From Octopus sinensis (lineage: Eukaryota), in assembly GCF_006345805.1 (NCBI RefSeq), contig NC_043000.1, forward strand, positions 6,696,001 to 6,760,000: a DNA stretch of 64,000 nt. The letters are read 5' to 3'. Numbering within the stretch: position 1 is the first letter of the stretch; each line of letters starts with the position of its first letter. The notes beneath the pieces are model-generated. The model had not been told where the DNA came from and ran no database searches. It was given only the letters and a program-made list of their open reading frames with translations. Positions 52,390 to 64,000 of this stretch are shown piece after piece. The position numbers were made by a program, and so were the translations under genes.

Positions 52390-54290
52390 TCAAGTCCACA
52401 GTCCCCTGTACAGTTCAGATGGCCAGGGGCTTCTCACAGACACAGCATCCATCCTCAACCACAGGTATGAATACTTTCAGGCCCTCTTCAGTACAAACTG
52501 AAATGTCCAAGGAAACGCAGTCTTCCACATCCAACAGCAACCAGTCCGAATGGAACTAGATGAGCCTCCAACCCTGGAAGAGACCACAGTTGCCACAGGC
52601 CAGCTGAAGAGTAGAAAGGCAGTAGGAGTCGATGGCATACCACCCAGAGATATGGAAGCATGGGGGTCCTGCCCTACATGCTAAACTCCATAAGCTCCTC
52701 GCTGCATCCTGGGAACAAGGTAAGCTTCCACAAGATTTTGGTGATGCTGTCATCATTACCCTGTACAAAAACAAAGGAGAAAAGTCAAACTGCTCAAACT
52801 ACCAGGGGCTCATCCTGCTTTCCACTGTAGGAAAAGTTCTAGCAAGATTACTCCTCAACAGACTTGTTCTGTCCATTGCTGAAAATCGTCTTCCAGAAAG
52901 CTAATGTGGATTCAGAGCCAATAGGGGGACAACAGATTTGATTTTCGTTCTCAGGCAGCTCTAAGAGAAGTGCCAGGAGCAAAACAAACTATTTTATGTA
53001 ACATTTGTTGATCTGACGAAAGTGTTCAACACTGTGAGAAGGAAATGTCTGTGGCAGATCCTAAACTGACTTGGTTGTCCCCCAAAATTCCTAACCATGA
53101 TCATTCAGGACAAGTCCACCTGAATAGGGGAATATCAGAACCATTCCCCATCAACAACAGCATGAAGCAGGGCTGAGTCCTGGTGCCAACTCTCTTCAGC
53201 ATCTGCTCAAGATGACATCTACATCAAGTATCATCTGGATGGCAGTCTTTTCAACATCCAGCACCTACAAGCTCATACCAATATCCATGAACAACTGACT
53301 CAGGACCTCCTCTTTTCAGGTGATGCTGCTCTTGTCACACACACAGAAAGAGCCCTGCAGCGCATCACATCCTGCTTTGCAGAGGCCATCCAACTCTTTG
53401 GGCTGAAAGTAAGTTTGGAAAAAACTGAAGTCCTACACCAACCAGCTCCTCACGAAGAGTATAGCCCGCCTCACATCACCCTTGCCAAAACAGAACTGGA
53501 GTCAGTACAGCAGTTCACTTATTTTGGCTGTACCATCTGATCAGATGCAAGTATCAACAAAGAAATTGACAACAAACTTGCAAAGGCAAAGAAAGCATTT
53601 GGCAGACTGTACAAGTATGTGTGGAACAACAAGCATCTTAAGATCAGCACAAAAGTCAGTGTCTACAGGGCCATCATACTCACGACACTCCTATATGGCT
53701 TAGAGTCCAAGGTCCCCTACTGCTATCATCTCAAGCTCCTTGAATGTTTTCACCAACGCTGCCTTCATATCATGCTTAAAATTTAATGGAGTAACTACAT
53801 CACCAACACTGAGGTCCTAGAGTGAGTAAAGGTCACCAGCCTGAAAACCATTTTACTTGAGATATGACTGCATTGGACAGGGTATGTTGACAGATTGAAA
53901 GACCATCACCTACCCAAGATCATCGTGTATGGTGAGCTCACCACTGGCCACCAGAAAAAAGGGAGCACCAAAGAAGAGTTACAAGGACTGCCTGAAGCAG
54001 TCCCTTAGTGTTTTTGACATTGATTATCGTGAGTGGGCCACTCTAACAGCTGACTGTGTCACTTGGTGCCCTACCATCAGTTAAGTCATTTCCTCCTTTG
54101 GGATCTCTCACAGTTCCTCCCTTGAAGACAAACATCAGAGGCGTAAAAATAATGCAGCTGCATCATTAGACCCTGAACAACCATAAGAAGGCAATCACTG
54201 CAATCCCACATCAGCCTTATCAGCCACAAATGAGTATGCAGACAACATGGACAACATCCTTCCTAATCTTTGTCAGCAAAGCGATGCCAA
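52390..54290 (+). mobile_element. RTE (BovB-like) LINE, 5'-truncated, with many stops and frameshifts
   Basis: DGIPPEIWKHGG, DAVIITLYKNKGEKSNCSNYQGLILLS, FVDLTKVFNTV, KQG*VLVPTLF, DAALVTH, FTYFGCTI and KDHHLPKIIVYGEL segments run in order to the 3' end. Confidence 0.92.
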
Positions 54291-57205
54291 GACAAGAAGA
54301 TATATACATACACACACCTTGAGTTTGGGGAAAACAGAATGGATAATGGAGTAATGGAAAGATCAGTTTTTTTATTGCTGCTCATTGGTTTATGTTAAGC
54401 TCTGCTGCTCTGTCATTCCACAGTAATACTGCATATGTTTCGAAAATAGACTTTGGTACTAAATATTTAGTTTCCATCTGGTCAAAGAACCTCAATAAAT
54501 TCCATCTGAACCACACAAACATGGAAAAGTAGATGATAAATGATGATGACAACAACAACAACAAACTGCCACCAAAAGTCAAAATATATTCTCTATGTGA
54601 GCCTGTGAGGAAGTTTTTAATTGGTTGTTCAATCTGCAAGAAATAGCAGCCAAATATCTCTCAAATACCACTATACCATCTTCAAAAATGAAGCATACAT
54701 TAGATAATATTATCCTAGATACTCTGTACACTACATCTGATATTAATGATGGAGTGGTTTCAGTCGAGATGCCTTTGATGATAAGTCTGTCCAATTATCA
54801 TATAATGTTGGATAAGAAATGATCTGTTTGAGATATCTTAAACATTCTAAGCCATTATTTTATCAGCATAATGGAGATGGATAAGAGATAAGAATCACAA
54901 AACTAATTTTTGTTACCTCATGCCGTGTTACTAAGAACATGATTCCATTCTACAGTAAGACTTTATGAAATAGACTTCAGTGTATTGAAATGTTATGTGT
55001 GTTGGGGAGCCCAAAAGACAAAGAAGCATGAAGATGAAGCAAAAGAACAACAAACAAGGTGTATTAGGTTTGCTATCAGGAAAATTGGGAGAAGTCAATG
55101 ACATTTCAAGCCTACACTCTTCTACAGAAAGGATAAATGAAGAGAGAAAAAAATCAAACATATCTGAACGAAATAGTCAGGACATTTCAATGATTTTGTC
55201 GTGAACAAGGCTTGAGGCCACTGTAGTGTAAAAAACTACAAATAAGGCAAAGAAGGGGCCAATAAATTCAAAATATGTCAACTAACAGAAAGCTTAAAAG
55301 AGTGAATATCATAGACCGGATGAAAACAAGACAATGTTAATGAGCTCCAGAGAGCAGCAGTTTGAAGAAAAAAGATATTAAAATAAAAGAGCCTATAACT
55401 AAACAGGAAACTCAAAAGAGAAATGATGCACATTTAAAGGTCTTGACAGAGGGTACAAAACCAGAGAGTTCATCAGAGCAATGACCATGGATATACTTAG
55501 AGAAAAGACACTATAAAGATATATTTTAACAATGAGCCAAAGACTCCAACTTAATAGAATATCATTTTGATTCTCAAAATTCAGAATATTCACTTAAAAC
55601 CTTATCAACTTTTCTGATCAGATGGTATCCATCATTTTTATTCCAAAATGAAAGGAAGATTTGCAAATACAAAAATTTCAACGTGTGAGTTGATTTAAAA
55701 CTGAAAATTTCAAAAAAGTTCATGAAACTAAACTACTTTAATGCAAAAATAAGGTTTTGTGTCTTGTTTGCATGATTCTTGATGTGAAATCATGTGTTGA
55801 AAACGATTTTGTATCTTAAGAAGGTTATTTTGCCTGTAATAAACATACATATTAGTCCTGTTTCACATACTTTATCATTATTAATCAACAAGTTAACCAT
55901 TATATCAATTAACTAATTAATTGTTTCAGTAATTGTTCAGTCAGTTAATCAATCAGCTAAGTTTATCAGAGTCCTTTTGTTGCTGTCGGCAACTTTATCA
56001 ATGATATACTCTGAGTGGGCCTGAAGTAGTGGGGCTTATCATCAATGAGGTCACAAATGTATGACAAAAGAACTCTCAGGAACCTCACTGATTGCGTGAG
56101 TGACCAAATAATTAATAAAATAATGTTAGGTGATTGATTGAGTGACCAAATAATCAATAAAATAATCTGTTATGTGATTGGTTAACTGGTTGACTGATTG
56201 AATGTTCATCCATAGAATGGAGCTAGTCAATTATTTTGACCCCAGTGAGAGATGGGTCTAGTCAATTACTTTGAGCCCAGTGATCCCCAGCAGAAAGGTG
56301 ACTGTGTAAACTTTATCAATTGTACAAAGACACAGTTACTGCTCATATCAAGGAAACAGTTTTATAAATATCTTACTCTCTGTGATTATCGACAAAACAC
56401 ATTTAAAACCCTCAAATTAGTAGCAAATGCCTGATAATCTCTCTTGGTGTACCTACATCTACAGCATTGCTTGAACTACATTTCAAAAATTAGCTTTCTG
56501 TTTCAGTACCATAAAATGCTTTAGCTCTGGTTAGTGCTGAGCTTCTGCAAAGCTTAAGAAAGACTCACAAATGGAGAACTATTTTTATATTTAGGATTGT
56601 GCTATTATACATTTCAAATAGCCTGGAGCACATCCAAAAGTAAGCTATTTAACTGATTGGCAAAGACTCAATAACATAATACAACTTCTGATTTACTGGG
56701 TTTAATCTTACCCTGAGTAGTAGCATCTGTCAAGGTCCCAGCTATTAAGTAATTAGCATATTAGGGCTTGCCAGCCTATGCATATGAAAACTGGATCCAA
56801 TACATTCTACAGAAAGGTCTAAGGTGTTACACAGTGGAATTGAACCTGAAACCATGTGACTGTAAGTTAACATCTCAACCACACAGCCAGACCCATGTAT
56901 ATCTTTTCTATAAAATTTAATCATGTTGTTGTGTAAGCACAAAATATTTGAAAATGTTTTATTCAGCAATTCAAATCTTCTGCCACTACTGTTGTTATTT
57001 TTTATTTGACTGTCAAGCCAGCACTTATGACCTGTAGGTTGATATTATATTTAAAACATAACTCACACATACACGCAAGCAAAATTTCCCATTCCATAAC
57101 ATTCTCCACACTTTAAAGATACTAAACTGAAAGAGGATGCACAACATGTCCTCCATTAAATCTAACAATTGCTTAATGTGGTTGGCATCCGTTAACAGAT
57201 CACTT

Positions 57206-57697
57206 TCAAAAAAGAATCTGTTCCCTCGTGGAAACACTTCCACCAGAGATCACGCAACCAAGTTTTGTTTCTCCATATGCTGTGAGTCTTGTGAAAAGAA
57301 AGAATCTCCCATATAATGTGCTGTTAGTTGCTGTTGATAAAAGCGTTCTCACTAAGTGTAAGGCTCCCAGAAGAATTACCTTCCACTTGCAGTTGGCTGG
57401 GAAGTTTTTCTGTTCCAGGTCTTTTATTTTTTTATATTGTTGTAGCTTCACTTTCTGACACAAGACAGTGCCATTTGCTGGCACTGTAGAAACCAAACAG
57501 ATTTGCTGCTCTGATAATGCTACAGCTTCTTGTATTATACTGCTTGTTTTAAAGAATGCTTTCCATTCCTGAATATTAGCAATAACTAGTGATAGCTGTA
57601 ATGGCAGCAATAGCTGTTGTAAAAGTTTAATAAAAGCCATGTCTCGTGGATCCATCAAAAAGTCAAATAAATCATGTAAATAAATTGTGTAAAGCAA
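57206..57697 (-). other. Unassigned non-repetitive open frame (~200 codons stop to stop); possible exon, pseudogene or decayed transposase
   Basis: Long open frame in AT-rich DNA with ordinary amino-acid composition and a possible AAG|GTAATT donor near 57379. No family motif recognised. Confidence 0.3.
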
Positions 57698-59526
57698 GAA
57701 ATACTTCCAAAAGTTTTGAACAATAATTCTGCCATCAATCCAGTTGTAATTTTTCTTTATTTGACTGGGGTTATGTATATATGTAACATGGCTGTTATAT
57801 TTAGAATGTCACACACATATACACAAAACAACTTTCACCTTTCACAACACATTTCTTCTATTTTTACTGTCATAACCTTACTTAGAGCTGTTCCTTCTAA
57901 AATTGATCTGATGGCCTTGACACTGGCAAGCACAGTCAGAGGAATCCAGCTGTCCTACTCACCACAAGTATTGTCTTACATGGTGTAAAATAACACATGA
58001 TAAGGACTTGATTTATATAGCAAGTGTGGCCCATCCGGTTTCAGAGCAAATGAAAACAAAACATTCTCTAATTATTAGATTTTGTTACTCTCATTTAACA
58101 CTATCCTGCGCCTCAAAATTTCAATGTCTTCATCAGAAGTGAAAACAAGCAAGAACAACTAAAGTGTCTTGAGGCAAAAATTTACAGGAGAAATGGGATA
58201 CGAAATAAGTGATGTTCTTTAGAAGCATTAGTAATATAAGTGAAATGGTTTCAGCGGCTAATAGTAATTGTATTATAGACTTGATTCACAAAGAACTCAC
58301 CACCGTACCCATTACATTATTGAATATATTTATCTTTTATCATTTATATGTGCAACGAAAGGAATGAAGGTTCGAATCATGTCAGGGTCAGTAAGTATAA
58401 CAAAAGGAATGAGAGTTGTCAAATGTAGGGTTTTAGTCAAACAAGTCAACTCTAGTCCTTGTTTTCTAAATTCTGTTACTTATCCTATTGGTCTCCTTTG
58501 CCAAATTGCAAAGTTACAGGGATGTAAACTAGCCAACATCAATTGTCAAGCAGTAGGGGAACAGACACAAATACAGGGGCACACACACACGCACACACAT
58601 ACACACACTCACACATGCACAACAGGTTTCTTTCAGTTTCTATCCACCAAATCTACTCATAGGGTTTTTTGGTCAGTCCAGAGCTATAATATTCAAATTG
58701 CACCTGAATCAAATGCTTAAAAATATATCAGGTAATTCAATAATCATTGGATCCAAGGGAATAGTAGATACCAACTAATTCAGTTTATTCTTTCATGTTT
58801 ATGTACATTTTCCTATGCTAGCATGAGTTAGATGAATATTTTACTGAGGTTTTGTTTTACACTCATTTACCCTTCTTGTTCCCAGTCCTTACCTGTTTTT
58901 CAGAGCCAGTGGAGGATTTGTTCACATGGGAATAACAACAATGTCACTGCTTGCAGCTCAGCAATTTACAGTGAAGTGCAAATGTAAACACACACACACA
59001 CACACATGCATACACACAGAAACATACACAGAAATACATATGTAAATACATGCATATCTATAGACACACAGACATACAAACACACATGAACATAAACACA
59101 AACACACACATGCAAATACACACACACACACACACACACATGCATGCACACACATGAGGGGCCTTTTTAAGTATCCATATACCAAATCCATCTCACAGGG
59201 CTTCAGTTGGCTTAAGGTCTTAGTAGGGGACACTAGCTCAAGGTGCAAGACACTGTACTTTTAAATCTAATTTTTATCTTTTATCTTTTGCGTAAGTTTG
59301 TTATTGGACTGCCTCCCCCCCCATGCTGGGGCACAACCTTACAAGGTTTAGTCAAACAAATTGATTCCAGTACTTATTCTTTTTTAAAGAATGGTACTTA
59401 TTCCAAAGACATCTTTTGCCAAACCATTAAGTTACAGGGATGTAAACAAACCAACATCAGTTGTCAAGTGGAGCAAGGTGGGCAGACAAATAGAGACATA
59501 AAGACATACATACATACATACATACA

Positions 59527-59590
<64 letters not shown>

Positions 59591-59593
<3 letters not shown>

Positions 59594-60066
59594 GTAAATA
59601 TAAGAGAGTTACCGTTAAGTGGTTAACTCTAGTGCTAGAAATAGCTCCTTATTCTGGTATAGCCACCAAAGTTTTTTTCCACAAAGAAATAACATTACCT
59701 TCAACCTAAAATCACAACTATGTATACAATCGATTGGACCGCATGAGTATTTGTCACCCGTGATGGTCTAATAAATTGTATTGAAGACAAATGCTGATGA
59801 TGATTTATAGATAAATATGTGAGTCATCATCATCATTGTTTAACGTCTGCTTTCTGCGCTAGCACGGGTTGGACTATAATTGCATATTATATTGATAAAG
59901 AAACATTTGTTCAGCATTAATCTATCTTTTCGTTGTATTTCACTTTCCTAACGTTGAAGGTAATGTTATTTCTTTGTGGAAAAAACTTCGGTGGCTATAC
60001 CAGAATAAGGAGCTATTTCTAGCACTAGAGTTAACCACTTAACGGTAACTCTCTTATATTTACGTA
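59591..60066. repeat. Inverted repeat with ~110-bp arms and a ~247-bp spacer (MITE-like or fold-back)
   Basis: TAAATATAAGAGAGTTACCGTTAAGTGGTTAACTCTAGTGCTAGAAATAGCTCC...ACCTTCAAC (59595-59705) is mirrored at 59953-60063 with about 2 differences. Confidence 0.93.
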
Positions 60067-61315
60067 TAAATTTGTATTGTCTCCCTGGTTTTTATGTGCT
60101 AGGCCACTTGGTATTATTAAATTAATATCTAATTTTTCACCCTCATTTATGAATATATATATGACAGGCTTCATCAAATCAACTCACAAGGATTTGGTCA
60201 GCTTGCTGTTATAGTGGAAGACATTTTCCCATGATGCAGTACAATAGAACTGAACCCAAGACCACATGGTTGGGAAGTAAGCTTCTCAACCACACTGCCA
60301 TACCTCCACCTATCCATTTTCAATGGTACCTGAATGTTTTATTTCCAAAAAGCAAGTAATGAAAATAACGTCTTTAAAAAATTATTTTAGTTTAATTAAA
60401 AATTATTTAAAAAAATATCTTTATATAAAAAGGCCCCTCAGCTTTCCAGAAATAACATTTTCTAGTTTTGGTACAAAGCCAACAATTTTCTGAGGAGGTG
60501 GAGCAAGTTGATTAAAATTACCCCAGTACTTGACTGATACTCTATTTTAACAACTTCAAATGATAAAATGCAAAGCTGACCACATTGGGATTTGAACACA
60601 GAAGGTAACGTCAGAGTAAATACTGCTAAACATTTTGTCTGACACATTAATGTTTTGCCAGCTCACCACCTTCAGCTTTCGACAAACAATAATAATCAAC
60701 TTGGACATTCTTGTATTTGCATAAAAAAAAGAAAACACACTCATTTCATTCATGTAAAACCAGAAATTCAAGTCTCATTTAGAGCGGTTTGTTATGACAA
60801 GTCAAACCAATTTTATTGACAACAAACCCAGTCTTCAAGTATTTAGGAAACAATTTTCACAAGAAATACAAATAGTGTTTTTATTTCCTATTCAGAGACT
60901 TATGAATATGTGCAAATATTTTCTGAGCAATTTCAAAAGCCAGCATTGCATAATATTTATGCTATCAAAGACATTTTTAATCTTTGCCCTGTTTTGTTCC
61001 TTCCTTTTCATGTCCAGTTTTATTTTTATTTTTAGTTATGCAAGTTATGGTATGTTAAGTGCAAACATGGCTCTGTGTAAGACATTTACTTCCCAACCAC
61101 ATGGTCAGCTATGTGACACATTGGCCAATGTCTTCTACTATAAGCCCGGGCCAACCAAAGGCTTGTGAGTGGCTTTTTGATAGACAGATGCTGAAAGAAA
61201 CCTGTGTGTGTGTGTATGTATATGTGTGAGTGGTAGCGTGTGCTTGTATCTGAGTCCGTTTATATTTGTATGTGAGTGTCTGTCTCTTTGTGTGTGCATA
61301 TGTGAATGTGTGAGT

Positions 61316-61348
<33 letters not shown>

Positions 61349-61929
61349 AGTTTGTATTTGTTCGATGTGTATATAGCTGTAAATGAGTGTCACTGTCATG
61401 CAAGCGGTGTTCTTTGTTTCTAATTTTCTATGAAAACCTGTTTGATTATGAGGAAATATCACCTTGGAAATAGATGAGAGTTGGCAACAAGAAGGGCATC
61501 CGACTATAGAAAATCTACCTTAAAAAATTCAGCTCAACTCATGCAAGCAAGGGAAAGTGGACATTAAAATGATGATGATGATGATGATGATGTAGTGATG
61601 GTGGTAATTGTGATTGTGATGATAGTCATCAATATAATAATGATGACGACTCTGAATTCCAAACATCTTCCACCTGACTACAGAAATAAAGCATGATCAC
61701 ACCTGTATCACACTGCAGTACCGTTTATTATTCCCATGCCTGAAATCAGCAAGTGTGGTACATTTAAACATTTAGCATTTAAACTGGCAGTATCATCTCA
61801 TCCCTTCTTCTTCACCCACTTATTCCTGAGAGGGTCATGGGGACAGAGCCCTCAAACACATCTTCCATCAGGTCTTGTCAGAAGCAACTATCTTCAATTG
61901 ATCTAGTTGTATCTAACCATCTTGTTCAT

Positions 61930-62305
61930 AGGCGTAGGAGTGGCTGTGTGGTAAGTAGCTTGCTTACGGACCACATGATTCCGGGTTCAGTCCCACTGCG
62001 TGGCACCTTGGACAAGTGTCTTCTACTATAGCCTTGAGCCAACCAAAGCCTTATGAGTGGATTTGGTAGACGGAAACTGAAAGAAGCCAGTTGTATATAT
62101 GTATATATATACATGTATGTGCGTATATGTTTGTGTGTCTGTGTTTGTCCTCCCAACATTGCTTGACAACAGATGTTGCAGTTCGGCAAAAGAGACTGAT
62201 AGAATAAGTACTAGGCTTAAAAAGAATAAGTCCTGGGGTCGATTTGCTCGACTAAAGGCGGTGCTCCAGCATGGCCACAGTCAAATGACTGAAACAAGTA
62301 AAAGA
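61930..62305 (+). mobile_element. SINE family 3, full length
   Basis: Head GGCGTAGGAGTGGCTGTGTGGTAAG...CCGGGTTCAGTCCC, central microsatellite, and 3' end GGCGGTGCTCCAGCATGGCCACAGTCAAATGACTGAAACAAGTAAAAGA. Confidence 0.9.
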
Positions 62306-62821
62306 GTAACAGTGTAAAAGAGTGTACCCCTGAGTTTCCTACTAGTTAGTTTTTGCCCATAAAATCTGTCCAGCAATTCTTTCCCGGTGCTTTCTTACCA
62401 CATGTCCATAGTATTGGAGCTGTGATCCCTCACTTCAGAGCAGTCACAGCTCTACCCGGAGCACTTCACTGATCTCCAAGCTATTCTCTTTATCAAGTAC
62501 CATTACTCCGAAGACCTTTTGGAGGAACTCCATTTTGGCCACTTGTATTCATGATCATATTGTTTTGGTCATAGGTAAGGGTGGGCACGAACACTGAATT
62601 GGAGATAGCAAGTTTGACTTTTACACCTACCTCCATTTCTCTGGTGACTGAATGCCATATCCTGCCCAAATACCCAACTATTTTAGCTTCTTTTATGTTT
62701 AAACCCAACAGTTCCGGAGTCTCACTACCCTACAATGTCATTCTAAAAAATAATCACATCATCAAAAATCTCGAAGCTATAAGATAATGCATGATTAATT
62801 AAAACAATGTGAATAAATAGG

Positions 62822-62990
62822 TGCTGGAGTGGCCGTGTGGTAAGTAGCTTGCTTACCAACCACATGGTTCCGGGTTCATTCCCACTGCATGGCACCTTGG
62901 GCAAGTGTCTTCTACTATAGCCTCGGGCCAACCAAAGCCTTGTGAGTGGATTTGGTAGACAGAAACTGAAAGAAGCCCATCGTATATATG

Positions 62991-63043
<53 letters not shown>

Positions 63044-63270
63044 ATGCATGTGTATATGTTAGTGTGTCTGTGTTTGTCCCCCACAACATCGCTTGACAAC
63101 CGATGTTGGTGTGTTTATGTCCCCGTAACTTAGCAGTTCAGCAAAAGAGACTGATAGAATAAGTACTAGTACAAGGCTTACAAAGAATAAGTCCTGGGGT
63201 TGATTTGCTCGACTTAAGGCGGTACTCCAGCATGGCCACAGTCAAATGACTGAAACAAGTAAAAGAGTGA
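62822..63270 (+). mobile_element. SINE family 3, full length
   Basis: Second colinear copy, about 0.9 kb downstream of the 61930 copy. Confidence 0.9.
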
Positions 63271-63645
63271 AAAATAAACATTACATTTGACAGAATAATC
63301 TGAAGATTAGAGAGTTAAATTGTATTCAACACAATGAGGTCACCTTCTGCATTTACAGCCCTTCCAACAATATTTGCTTTAGAATTCTTCTAGAAACAGC
63401 CAATTCTAGATAAGTATATATTTCTTCAAGATATCTATCAAAACACATTTTTATTTTTTTTACATTCCTATTGTTTTGGTAAGTGCGAAATCTGTTCTGT
63501 GACCATTGATTGCCCTAATTAACTAATATTGACTTTCTGTCATCTAAAATTCTTACAAGCATACTTCTCATTGATTTTGTTTTAAACAAGTGACTCATTT
63601 AGTTTTTTATTAATACTGTTGCTGTTGTTGTTGTTGTTGTTGTTA

Positions 63646-64000
63646 AGGCGGCGAGCTGGCGGAAACATTAGCATGCCAGGCGAAATGTTAAGCGGTATTT
63701 CGTCTGCCGCTATGTCCTGAGTTCAAATTCCGCCAAGGTCGACTTTGCCTTTCATCCTTTCAGGGTTGGTTAAATAAGTACCAGTTACGCACTGGGGTTG
63801 ATATAATTGACTTGATCCTTGTGTCTGTCCTTCTTTGTCCCCTCTATGTTTAGCCCCTTGTAGGTAGTAAAGAAATAGGTATTTCGTCTGCAGCTAAGTC
63901 CTGAGTTCAAATTCCGCCAAGGTCAACTTTGCCTTTCATCCTTTCAGGGTTGGTTAAATAAGTACCAGTTACACACTGGGGTCGATATAATCGACTTAAT
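63646..64000 (+). mobile_element. SINE family 2, dimeric copy running off the window
   Basis: The module GGTATTTCGTCTGC...CTGAGTTCAAATTCCGCCAAGGTC...AAATAAGTACCAGTTAC occurs twice, about 184 bp apart. Confidence 0.85.

Noticed and set aside
54382-55593. Series of hydrophobic minus-strand ORFs resembling a membrane-protein pseudogene
   Set aside because: T-rich strand bias explains the hydrophobicity. Part of it (54640-54730) is a dispersed repeat also present at ~34395-34470, and no family motif was recognised.

Overview
AT-rich, microsatellite- and transposon-saturated animal DNA. The SINE/LINE families and (TA)n/(CA)n/(CAT)n density look like an Octopus-type cephalopod genome, which is an inference from recognising the repeats and not from a search. 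Two host genes are supported, both on the minus strand. (1) The first coding exon and promoter of a VAMP-associated protein (VAPA/VAPB/VAP-33) lie at the left edge (323-380) and are missed by the ORF track. (2) An intron-poor secreted purple acid phosphatase (about 474 aa) has a ~1.25 kb main exon (50719-51964) that splices across a 7.6 kb intron to a terminal exon (42929-43107). The rest is mostly mobile DNA: CR1/L2-like and RTE LINE fragments, Penelope and Helitron remnants, mariner/pogo/piggyBac-type MITEs, at least three tRNA-derived SINE families, several long fold-back inverted repeats, and a 4-copy tandem array of a LINE 3' end sitting directly upstream of the VAP promoter. Most short ORFs in the track are microsatellite or repeat artefacts. 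I found no convincing wholly new multi-gene system. The best leads are the phosphatase architecture, the recurrent fold-back structures and the LINE-tail array at the VAP promoter.
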